Below are positions 40,201 through 51,182 of a stretch of 64,000 bases of DNA, one piece after another. The position numbers were made by a program, and so were the translations under genes. Position 1 is the stretch's first letter. Each line of letters begins with the position of its first letter. The notes under the pieces were generated by a model. The model had not been told where the DNA came from. It did no database searches and worked only from the letters and a program-made list of their open reading frames with translations. The stretch is from assembly GCA_964252035.1 (NCBI GenBank), contig OZ176201.1. One strand, 5' to 3'. The stretch is from Podarcis erhardii. Taxonomy: Eukaryota.

Positions 40201-41221
40201 AGAACAGGCAATGTCCACAGCCAGGACGACAATAGGATGGTGGATGGTGCAGCGAGAGCTAACTGGTTTATGGAGACACTAAATAGCAAGGAAGTTGTCA
40301 TTTTGTGAAAAAAATACAGAATTCCTGAGTTTCCCCACCTTTAGAAAAAGGGGCAGGAGGCTTAGAAAATAAGTGCTTTACCCTTAACAAGCACAGTTGT
40401 CAGTTTCTATTTTTTATAGACCAGAAGAAGCAGAATTCTTTGGGCTTATTGTCTCCTTCTGGAAGCCCTCAAAGTAAATGACTTTAATTGCTTGGCTTTG
40501 CCTACCTCAGCTGAGGCTGAAACAGCCTGTATTCACTTATCATTTTGTATCATATATAAAAATCCCATGGTTATTTCCCCTCCCTTCTCTTCCTGAAGTG
40601 GTGGTTTGTACATGTGATTATTCTGAGTGATATCCTCAGCAAGCTCCAGGGGAAAGAAAACCTCCAGTGTCATAGGAAACATTATGAGAAGATTGATGCA
40701 GGCAGATTTAGCCGTAGGTAGGGTTATTTGTTTGACTTCAGAATCAAAACATGTGGGAGGTTGTTGCCGACAGGCTTATAGTAATGCTGGCAAAGCAACA
40801 ACAAGAAAAGGGAAATAAAAGAATCACATCTAGTGGGAGGGTGGGAAGAACCACTTTAATTCATTGTGGTGTGAGCAGAAGGCATTTGAGTTTCAGACAG
40901 TCTTATGGGCCCAGCTCTACAAGCTCTACTATTGGTTGCACCCAGTAGCTTTTCCATAGATCAGGAGATAAAAGCAGAAACTAGAGACATGACTCAGTCT
41001 GTGCGTTGACTGTGGCAATGTGTGCCATAGCAGGTGGACGGGAAGTAATGAAGCTGGAGGGTAGTAGTCAGGAATTGAGTTAATCATCCCCTGAATTTAC
41101 TTCAGAAAGAAACTTGTAGCTTTCGGTCCAGTGTAACAGACAGAACAACACAATTAGAGAAAAGGAAAGGCCAAAAGGCATCTTGTCAATCCCTGTAGAT
41201 ATATTCACAGGGTGTCATGGG

Positions 41222-41353
41222 GAGGCTGGCCGGATGTTAAATGAGCTCTTGCACCTTTAATGTGTGGAAGGAAGAATTTCAGCTGAAGTTCCCAATTCTT
41301 CAGAGCTATTAAAGGTGCTTGAGCTCTGTCTTCTTTTACATCTGGTCACCCTA
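41222..41353. mobile_element. Palindromic hAT (Tip100-like) MITE
   Basis: Right end CATCTGGTCACCCTA; internal inverted arms GAGCTCTTGCACCTTTAAT / ATTAAAGGTGCTTGAGCTC (17/19). Confidence 0.65.
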
Positions 41354-41769
41354 TTCTGTTCATATTTGTGGCAAGCCTCTGGTGCACCAGATGAAGAATG
41401 TTAGATTAAGACTCTAGTAAACAAAATCCCATTACCATTGGGCCAGAAATGCAGCACTAGAACAGAAAAGCAATACGCCAACGTGGGAGAGTTTTTGGGT
41501 TTTGTTTGCTGCTTCCTTTGTTCTGGAGAGGTTCAATTTTTTGCTATTGTAGTAGGTTGTTTTTTTAAAGAAAAGAAAAGAAATAAAGTCTTCTTATTTC
41601 CAGTCTTCTTTGTAAATAGTACAGCCCCCCCCCCCGTACTCTTAGGGCAATTGTAAGCATTAGGTTTATGTGGCATGTACTTCAAGATATTTTCAACCAG
41701 GCATGGTTGTCACCTATAGAGGTAAGAACCAATTAGAAAATCCAAATTAAGGAGTTACCTTCAGCAGTA

Positions 41770-41983
41770 CAGTCGTACCTTGGAAGTTGAACGGAATCTG
41801 TTCCCGAAGTCCATTGGACTTCCAAATTGCAGCTTCTGATTAGCTGTAGGAAACCGCAGAAGCCTGTTGGATGTTCGGGCTACAAAAGAACATTCGCAAA
41901 CTGAGACAATCACTTTTGGGTTTGCAGCATTCGGGAGCCAAAACGTCCGGGTTCCAGGGTGTTCAACAACCAAGGTACGACTG
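41770..41983. mobile_element. Tigger/pogo-like MITE family B, copy 2
   Basis: TIR CAGTCGTACCTTGG at both ends; TA at 41768-69 and 41984-85. Confidence 0.92.
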
Positions 41984-41985
41984 TA

Positions 41986-42203
41986 CAGTGGTACCTCAGG
42001 TTACATATGCTTCAGGTTACAGATTCCACTAACCCTGAAATATTACCTCGGGTTAAGAACTTTGCTTCAGGATGAGAACAGAAATTGTGCAGCAGCGGCA
42101 GCAGGGGACCCCGTTAGCTAAAGTGGTGTTTCAGGTTAAGAACAGTTTCAGGTTAAGAACAGACCTCCAGAATGAATTAAGTTCTTAACCCGAGGTACCA
42201 CTG
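41986..42203. mobile_element. Tigger/pogo-like MITE family A, copy 2 (inverted relative to 16567)
   Basis: TIR CAGTGGTACCTC(A/G)GGTTA; TA at 41984-85 and 42204-05. Confidence 0.92.
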
Positions 42204-42480
42204 TACTAGCTTTATGATTAGGTGGCCTATCTAAAATGACATCATATTCAATTATTTAGTTTTATTATTTTATTGTTAATACAGGGGATTTCCTCTTGGT
42301 CCAACTGTTTCCTGCCATCTCTGGTCTCAGGCTCATCCTTAGAGATAATCTTGCAATTGTTTCCTGATAAACGCTGGAGTTACCTTTTGGTACAGCAGCT
42401 AAATCACTTAGGGTTGCATGCTAGAACCCAAGGTTCGGTTTGGGAAGGGGTTCTTCCTCAGTAATATTAGCTGTGACTTA

Positions 42481-43181
42481 CCGTATTTTTCGTCCCATAG
42501 GATGCTCCGTCCCATAGGACGCACCTACTTTTTTTGGGGGGGGGAATAAAGGAATATATTTTTTTTGTTTATTTCCTCCCCAAAACCAGGTCGGGGAACA
42601 GTGGGATGGCGGCGCTGCACCTCCCCGCTGTCCCATGAGCTTGTGGGGCTGGCTGATGTCTGTCCGGCGCACGGGGCGCCCTGCTTTAGGGCGCCTCGCG
42701 CGCCGGGCGGTAGGCTGCTATCCGCAGCGTGGGGAGCCCTGCAGGGAACTCCTGCAGGGCTCCCCACGCTGCGGATGTCTGTCCGGCGCGCGGGGCGCTC
42801 TGCTTCAGGGTGCCTCGCCCGCCGGGAGGCAGGCTCCAGACACCTGCGCGAAGCACGGGGCGTCCTCCAAAGGGCGTTCCCCCGGGCGCGCAAGGCTTGC
42901 GGACACTTGCGTGAAGCACGGGGCGTCCTCCGGAGGTCGCCCCTTGCTCCGCGCTGCAGGCTGCCGCCCGCAAGCCTTGCGCGCCCGGGGGGAGTTCCCC
43001 CGGGCACACAAGGCTTGCGGATAGCTTCCTGGAGCCTGGAGAGCGAGAGGTGTCGGTGCGCACCGACGCCTCTCGCTCTCCAGGTTTCAGCGAAAGCCTG
43101 CATTCGCTCCATAGGACGCACACACATTTCCCCTTCATTTTTGGAGGGGAAAAAGTGCGTCCTATAGGGCGAAAAATACGG
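42481..43181 (+). mobile_element. Tc2/pogo-like MITE, hairpin-cassette family, copy 2 (701 bp)
   Basis: TIRs CCGTATTTTTCGTCCCATAGGA / TCCTATAGGGCGAAAAATACGG; TA TSD 42479-80 and 43182-83; same termini as 8674-9067 with a longer GC-rich interior. Confidence 0.93.
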
Positions 43182-44141
43182 TAATAGTTGAGTAGCAGTT
43201 CCATGGTCCCTTGAAAATTACACCTCTTGTGGTGCCAACACTAAAGGTGTCCCCGAAACCATTTGCCATGTGAATCACTTCAACAGCGAGTTTTATCAGC
43301 AAGGTCAAGGGGAAGTACTCAGAGCTTTGTAACAGTGCTGAATGGTTATATCTTTCTTGTCATTCAGAAACACCTTTTTCTTGACACTGCTGATTATTAA
43401 AACCCATTACGTAGTCTTTGGTACATACAGTTTATTCTCTTCATGTTATGTCTTTTAAAAAGCACTTCCTGATTGTCAGAAAGCTCAATAGTTCCCAAAC
43501 AAACCATTATTTTTTTGTCATTGGTTTTGACAGCACCTCAAAGGTCTTTCAAAGAGTTGGAAGTCAGTGCCACTTTTGAGGTGATTCTAAATTGGCTTTA
43601 ATAATAAGCAGGTGCCCCAGATATTTTTCCCAGTCTGGCACTTCAGCCCTGTAGAGTTTGAGAAGTTTTGGGAAGTGATTCCTTTTAACTTCTTGGTCAT
43701 TTGTTTGTTTTTGGTGTGCATCTGCAAGTTTTGGAGTCTCATTGAACTCTTCAGCCAGAAATTACTAAAAACTAGCCATCTTTTCTCTCCATGTCTTAAC
43801 CAGCTTAACTATCACACCTTCTCTGAAGAAATTCTAGTGGCTATAGCTCTGTGAATATGCCAATAATCTTTCTAATTGAATTTTTAACAACTTCACAAAA
43901 CTATGCTTCACAGGTTCCTTGGGAAAAGCCATAATGGTTAAACCAGTTTCCATTTGTGGTATAAATATTGCTAAATTATTTTACTCCAAAATGGTAAATT
44001 TTATATCAAGATGAGTTGACATTTAGGCATAAAGTAAGCTTAGGCTTCTTAAATTTCAGTATTTAAATGCCCATTCTTATAAAAAGGAACTGCTTCCTCC
44101 CTGTACCTCTTTTTTATGTCCATGCTTGTTTTCTTCCCTAG

Positions 44142-44311
44142 GATCGTTCCTGTTCTAGAACATTCATCGCCACAAACCTCACCAAGCAACCTGTCCAGCT
44201 CTGACAGTTTAGATGTCACCAGGACATACTCCCAAAGAGCAAGTCGCTATGACCTGGATGAAATCGATGCTTGCTGGCTGGAACTCTTCAACATGGAGCT
44301 TAAGGAAATGG
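44142..44311 (+). CDS. JADE2: JADE2 internal coding exon, 170 bp: (R)IVPVLEHSSPQTSPSNLSSSDSLDVTRTYSQRASRYDLDEIDACWLELFNMELKEM(G)
   Basis: TTCTTCCCTAG acceptor and G|GTAAGT donor at 44312; SRYDLDEIDAxWLELxNxELKEM is the JADE2 EPC-like motif; the phase matches the upstream exon. Confidence 0.93.
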
Positions 44312-44317
44312 GTAAGT

Positions 44318-44319
44318 GT

Positions 44320-44366
<47 letters not shown>

Positions 44367-44368
44367 TC
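44318..44368 (+). repeat. (GTTGCT)7 hexanucleotide microsatellite
   Basis: Seven perfect units at 44321-44362, starting just after the donor hexamer. Confidence 0.97.
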
Positions 44369-47300
44369 GTTTTTAATTCTCTCTTGGGTTGCACACTCAC
44401 CAGTCTTAAACCAAAGACAAATTTTCACAACCAGTAGGCTTTCGTGCATATTGTTGAAAAAAGAAGGGAAAAACTGTCCCAGTCTATGAAGGATGATGAT
44501 CTTTGAGAAGTTGAAAGGCAATAGGCAAAAGTCAATCTAGATGGAGGATAAGGCTGCAGTTGGTTACTGGACATTGTCTATTCTCTGCTTCCACATCAGA
44601 GGCAGTATGCTTCCAAATACCAGTTGCAGGAAACCATGGTATGCTGGGAATGCTCTTCTGCTCATGTTCTGTTTGTAGGTTTCCCACAGGCATCTGGTTG
44701 GCCATTTTGAAAACAGGATGCTGCACTAGATGGGCCTTTGACCTGATCAGCAGACTTTTCTTATGTTCTTACTGATATATTTTTTTAATAGCACCCATTA
44801 CTTTGGGATTATTGTGACTCTTTCATATCCTACAAATGTTATAAGCAAAAAAAGGGAGGAGGAGAAGTTATATAAGATGTATTCTTACTTTAGCAGTACA
44901 TTATTTGCCTAGGACAATTATTTTGCACTAGTGGACATATCTGCCAATCACTTTGTTCCTTCCAGATTTGGGTAGAGTAAGTTTGGGGACAACCCCATGG
45001 ACCAGGACTCTGTATGTTACCAAGGCAAGATAGCTCCATGTTACTGATTTCCTCTAGCCTCCTGCTGTTCTGGTGAAGGGTCATATTTGTGAGCATACCT
45101 CACCATTGCCTATCTGAGCCTTCAATATACTCAGTTCTGTGAGATGGTGCTGTGGCCTCCAGTTTTTGCAAGGTTGACACAGCCGTTTACCAAACATATT
45201 ACAGGAAATAAGCTGGGAATTTACCACATATCTCCTTCACTGAGGGTTTCCCCTCCTTCTCAGGACTAAGCTATATTTATTCAGTATACATGCACAGCCC
45301 CCACAATCACACTATTATGAAAGATCAGGTTGAGGTAGATGTCACAGTGTGTGTGTAAAGGTGTGATAAACTCCATAACACATTTATGTCATTTCTCTAG
45401 GGCTGTGTCCTACATTTCTATCCTACACTAAAGTTGCAAGCCTGCACAAACATATTTCTGAGTATGCCACATTAAAGATTGTAGAAATAGGACTGTAAAG
45501 CAGTCCGGGAAGTTTTGACTTAGAAGTGTCCAAAGTCTTGCTTTAATTAGTACCTTGTTTTCCTTCCCTTTCATTGCTGGTTCCAGAAATTCTCATATTG
45601 CAGTGGGAATTCCCTGCTTAAAAGTGGGTGTGGGGACAGATCTGTAGCCATATGGACTTGTTGGCACATTGGTCCGAAAATGCAAGGTTTCCAAGAAGTC
45701 AAGTGACACCTTATTGGGGCCATCCTGAGAAAATAAGGCAGCTTTAGAGTTGTACCAAATTAGGGCCCTAATAGGGGTCCTAATTTTAGCTTATGGAAGG
45801 CAGTGTATTGGCTGTTGCCTGTTCCTCATCTTGTATATTCCATTTTAAAAACAAACTAGTTCTTGTCCTCAAAGGAAAAGCAACAATGAAGAATTGCACA
45901 GAAGCTTACTGCTACATAGAGGGTAAGGAAAATACCTATTAGAACCTCTAGTTCACCCGCCTGATGACATGGAATTGCTCTACCTAGTATAATTTCTAAT
46001 GCCTTTTCCATGCTAGTTTATATCCCCCACCCCTGAGATGGGGTTTTTAGCTGTGCTGATTACACAGGCCTCCCAGAAATAAACAAATATTCTGCTTTTC
46101 TGGAGTACTTTTAATATAAAGTAGACATCTTTACCCAGAAACAGAAAAGCCTCAATATAAACAAAATGTACGATTAATTCATCAAGCACAAAACAGAAAA
46201 AGTCCATTTTCTTTATCAGAAGCTCATGCTGGCTATCAGCTCCCCTACTTGGTGAAAATACGCAATGTAAAGAGCTGCCAACCGATAACGTGATGAACAT
46301 TTAACTGTGTCTGATGGTTTTATTGGTTGCTGCTGCTGCCATGTGCGATAATAAAGAAAGTTGGTCTAAAGTAATTTGGATCAAACACTGAACTACATTC
46401 ACATATAGGACATTATAGGCAGCATAAGACTGTTTTCCTTTTAAGCAGAAGCTGGGCCATTTATGTTTTTATTAAGATTTCACGCCATATATTGTGATCT
46501 CCGTTTAATCCAAAGCTATTGTATGGTTGTGACTAGTGAGACTTCAAAGGCATGAAAAGTCCCTTCGCTGTTACATAGCCATCTCTCCTTCCCCCCCCCC
46601 GAGCCCCCCTTCTTTTCTTATCCTCCTGATTCACTAGCTGAGCTCAGTCTCTTTCTGCCACAAATATATTCTCAGAGAATTTGCAAAAAGACAATGGGTT
46701 TGATCTAGTGAAATCATCCCATTACTGCAAGGACTTCCACCTGTAGCTCAAAGGTTCTTCCAATGAATCTCAAAGTTAATCTCAGCTGTTCTAACGATTT
46801 CCTTTGACACAAACTTCTCTGCATCACTGCACATAGGACTGAGATTAGATTTTCAGTGTCCATATTCTTGTGCTCCTGTTCCCTCCTCTGTGGTTGGCAT
46901 CCTTGGGCCACAGTGGCAACAGCTATGGGCACTATTACTTCACAAGAACACCATTTCATAACTTATTCCCCACAAGAGACAGAGAAACAGTGGGAAACCA
47001 ATGACCACCCCCCCATCCTAGTATATGTGAAGAGGACCTCCAGCTCCTATTGCAAGCAAAGTCTTAGCCCAGCTCAGAGCCATAGTAAGATAATTTATTC
47101 CTTTTTTTGCCTTTAGAGGCAAGCAGAACAACTTTTCCAGCTCTTTTCTTGTATACCTCTTGGGGGCTAGTTGAGAAGCTGATGACCCCATTGCCTGCCT
47201 CAAGCATTATACCCTGGAAATATCTGTTCGTGCTGCAGACACTAAGAAGGAGATATGATCATTCCAACTGACTTCCACCTTTTGTTGTGGTGGGGGTACT

Positions 47301-49364
47301 TTTTCTTTAGCAGTTGCCCAATGGCCCCAAATACTGCAAATCCAGATTTTCCAAGTAGCCCTACTTCCAAAAATTTAACACAGCCCTAACTAGAAGAGTT
47401 ACCTGGTCTGTTTATTGAAATGCTAAGACTCTTCAAGGTATATTCCATGCTGGTGGTCCTAGGCTGCTGTCCTATTCTCGGACTAAGTCCGATTGAATTC
47501 CTTAGGGCTTATTTTTTGAACGTACGTAGGATCATTTTGTTTTGTTAATTTGTTAATTAGTTACAGGATGTAACTGGAAGTAGGCAATGTCTTTAGTCAC
47601 CTGAGAAGAAGTGGGTATGAAACAGTTCCAGAGGGATGGTCGCAAGATCACATGTTCTAAATGAGTTGTTCTTTAATACCTCTGAACTTAGAGTAATGAA
47701 GGATGTAACTGCACTATAATGTCCTCTATAATCTACTGGGGAAGGTAGAAAATAATAGAAAAAGAACCAGCAGGGAGACTCCCAAGAGAACGTGTGGCTT
47801 TAAGCCAGAGAGCCCAGAGTCTGAAAACACAAATAGCAGCTTGCCCTAGAATCCAGAGTCTCCAAAGGAAGCTCTTTAAAAATGGACAACTGACTAAAGG
47901 AACTTTTAAGAGCTAAATACACATAAATAAACCACAGCAATGCTGATGAAGGGAAAACCAGAAAGCCCTGTGTGGTTTGTTTGATGGCAATAAAATAAGT
48001 GGGCCACAGATTCAGCAAAAGATTTATAGTAGGTGTCTTGGCAGTTTCTAATACAGGAAATCAGCAAGCAGGCAAGGTAGATGCTTCTTGTTTTAAAAGC
48101 CAGCTTGTGTAAAAATATTCATTGGACTGTAAGATGGCATGATACTGTATATTAAAGATTGCCTTCATATATCCTTTCATATTCAGTCATGATGCTATAA
48201 TTCATAGGATGCAGGTGTGTGTGTTTGTAGGTGTTTGTGTAGGTGTAGACTGTAGGCAACAAAACCATATCAAATTACTAGTGAAAGACTCAGAGACCAC
48301 AATATGTTATTTTCAAATCCATTGTGTAATGCACTTCAGATTGTTTGTCTAAAGTATCCCGTGGATCTTGGAATTCAGAGTCAAAGGCTTCCCTACTGAA
48401 CTGTCTGACCAAAGACTTGGAAAGCATGCTGTGACATCAGAGCAGCTAAGCCAATTGCAATCGGAGAGTTAAAATATTAGGGAACTTCTTTAGGCATTTA
48501 ATGGCATAGAGATCCTTGCATCTTTAGGGTAAGGAACCTGGCCACTTGCAAGAGTAACAAGCCTACTGTGGCATGAGAGCAAGTCAGCCATTAGCATCAA
48601 TAGTAGCAGAGCAATCAGAGGGGGATGCAGTACTGTAAAAAATGAAGTTTAACAGCATTCATTGTCTGTCATCCAGGCAGGATCGCACATATTAATACTG
48701 AACTATCAAGTCATATGAGTGACTGATTTTCAATACATATGTCTAAGCAATACAGAATTCACAAGAATCAGTGCTAAATTCTGTTACCTGTATAAATTAT
48801 ACAAATTGGACAACTTCACATACTTTATTTTGCAATTTAACAAATTTGCATAATTCAAACATGGGGAAGGCAAGGAACCACTGGAAATTTTTGACATCAC
48901 CTGTCTGACTTCTTGATATCTCAGCACAATTTAAAGCATATATTTCACACTATTTATGCCATTTCAAGCATATCTTCAAATCCATAAGAAGCAGAAATTA
49001 CTCTTTTTAAAGCTGAAAGCTGATATTCTCAGGGAGTTGAATTCTCTGCTTTTTCCTGCAATACGACTATTGTTTGTGCCAGAGGTTTTCAACCTTTTAT
49101 AGTCTACAGCTCAAAAATACATTCTTTCTGCAGCAAATCTTCCTTTATTGAGTGTTCCATCATTCTAGAAACTGTCCAGCACTGGCATTTTCATTCCTCC
49201 ATCACTCTTGAGTATGGTAGACAAAAGTGTGTCAACTAGCCCTGGTAGAACGCTGAATACACCTGGTCCTGTGGTACAAAGATCTTACTAAGACTGATAA
49301 GTTTAATGGTACCTGGTAACTCCCCCAGGTGTTTGTTACTTGATCTGAAGGGCACATTCAAACT

Positions 49365-49620
49365 CCAGTGTGGTGTAGTGGTTAAGAGCGGTAGACTCGT
49401 AATCTGGTGAACCGGGTTCGCGTCTCCGCTCCTCCACATGCAGCTGCTGGGTGACCTTGGGCCAGTCACACTTCTTTGAAGTCTCTCAGCCCCACTCACC
49501 TCACAGAGTGTTTGTTGTGGGGGAGGAAGGGAAAGGAGAATGTTAGCCGCTTCGAGACTCCTTAAAGGGAGTGAAAGGCGGGATATCAAATCCAAACTCT
49601 TCTTCTTCTTCTTCTTCTTC
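49365..49620 (+). mobile_element. Squam3-like tRNA/CORE/L2-tail SINE, near full length
   Basis: A box TGGTGTAGTGG, B box GGGTTCGCGTCTCC, CORE 'ctgggtgaccttgggccagtcac...tctctcagccccactcacctcacag', L2 tail 'tagccgcttcgagactcc...aggcgggatatcaaat' and a (TTC)n end. Confidence 0.88.
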
Positions 49621-50479
49621 AGTCTCACAGCTCAGTCTTTGGAGACACTTAGTTTAGGACAGTGATCACTCGTGATTTTTGGTATACCTCACATAATATT
49701 TTTATGACTTTTTCAATTTTAGCTTTAAGGTGCTTTCTCCCAAAATGTTATATGCTGCAATGTATTTGGAGCTCCACTGTGCTGTTTACGTTTCTCTCTT
49801 TTATTGTATTATCCTTTTTACCATTTTTCTTGCTCTGTTTGTCCTTCTTTGAGTCTTGTAGCTGCTTTCTCTACTTGCATAACAGAATGAAATAAAGGCA
49901 TATTGGAGGGGTGGGAGGGGAGAAAATTGTAGCTGCTCAGGTACCAATGGCCAAGCTAGGAGTCCTTGTTCCCCCAAGGGTCTCTTGTGCCCTTCAAGTG
50001 GGGAGGGTGGCTCCTACCGATTTGAGAAATCCTGATTTAATGCACAGTCTCCAGTAAAGCTTAATTAAGGTCTATTTATTCCTCAAGGAGGAAGGGAAAG
50101 CAGTTATTAAATTGAGCTTGGGTGCGTGGGAGCAAAGCTCTTCTCATGAGCAGTTGATTTCCTGATCAGTCTTGTTTGTACTGCCAGTAACAGCTGATTA
50201 GAGGCACTGTCAATAATGTCTCTGTGTTCGGCTTTCTCCTGATGAGGGGGGCTGAGAGATGAAGATACACTTGTAGATGGAACTGTAGGAGATGTTTCAC
50301 ATATAATTTCCTGAAATATAGTTTAGTATATTGGTCTTTTACAAAACAGCTAGCACTTGATTTTGAAATAAATAATTCTCTTGTATACTTTGTAGACCCA
50401 GAAATGTGTATACTTTACAACTGGTTTCAACTTTAATCATCAGTATTCTATATTTTACTCAGTTTTTGGACCAGAGCAC

Positions 50480-50650
50480 ATATGCCTTCTACCAGATCAG
50501 ACTGTTCATTCATCAAACCCAGTATTGTTCACTTTGCGTGGCAGTGACTCTCCAGGGAGTCGGGCAGAGGCATCTTTAACATCACTTGCTATGTGGTTTC
50601 CTAATTGGAGATGCCAGAGGGGACAAAGCATGTTCTCCAACACTGAATAG
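50480..50650 (-). mobile_element. Old tRNA-derived SINE with CR1-like tail
   Basis: 'tgccttctaccagatcagactgttcattcatcaaacccagtattgttcactttgcgtggcagtgactctccaggg...ggagatgccagagg' resembles a reversed squamate SINE (recalled). Confidence 0.55.
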
Positions 50651-50737
50651 GGTAGTAGTCTGGCTAGTGCTTTCTGTGTTCTGCAATGTGTGTCTTATGA
50701 ATGGGTAAGGTGGATAAGTAGAATGCAAACCCTACTC

Positions 50738-51182
50738 CAGTGGTTTTCAGACTTTCTTGTCTGGACCAAACTTCCTTGTCTGAATAAAAATTTGTTCACG
50801 CCACACCAAATTTTTTTTTTACTGATAAGAAATACATTGGGAAAGAAAAAGAAACGACCCCTGGCAGTGCTTGATTTATAACAAGTGAAATCAATTACCT
50901 TATAAGATGATCATGGGGCATCCAGAAAGTATAAAAGAACAAGTCTTCTCCAGCACTCTTGAACCGTGATTCTGGATCACAGCTAGGATTGTCTTCAGTA
51001 TCGATTGATGCTCCCGTTCTCATTTTGAAAAGATACCTATCCATATTCTTTAATATAAATATATAGAGATACAGTACAGATACAGATACTATACTGTACT
51101 GAAATGTTTAAATGTTTCTTTGATTGTCCTTGAATCTTCTTGCCACACCAATACGGCACGCCACACCCTTTGAGAACCACTG
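50738..51182. mobile_element. hAT-Charlie-like non-autonomous element (445 bp)
   Basis: TIR CAGTGGTT(T/C)TCA; 8-bp TSD CCCTACTC / CTCTACTC (7/8). Confidence 0.8.

Larger units (their letters stand above)
9391..44141 (+). other. JADE2: JADE2 intron (34,751 bp, GT-AG, phase 2)
   Basis: Donor AG|GTAAGC and acceptor TTCTTCCCTAG|G. Joining gives AG+G = Arg and a continuous JADE2 frame. Confidence 0.88.

Noticed and set aside
42525-43204. 200-aa and 172-aa ORFs on both strands (also 8531-9013)
   Set aside because: They are stop-poor by-products of GC-rich palindromic MITE interiors; low-complexity Arg/Ala/Pro translations with no domain.
44116-44437. Poly-Cys / poly-(VA) / poly-(TA) ORFs
   Set aside because: They come from reading through the JADE2 donor into the (GTTGCT)n microsatellite.
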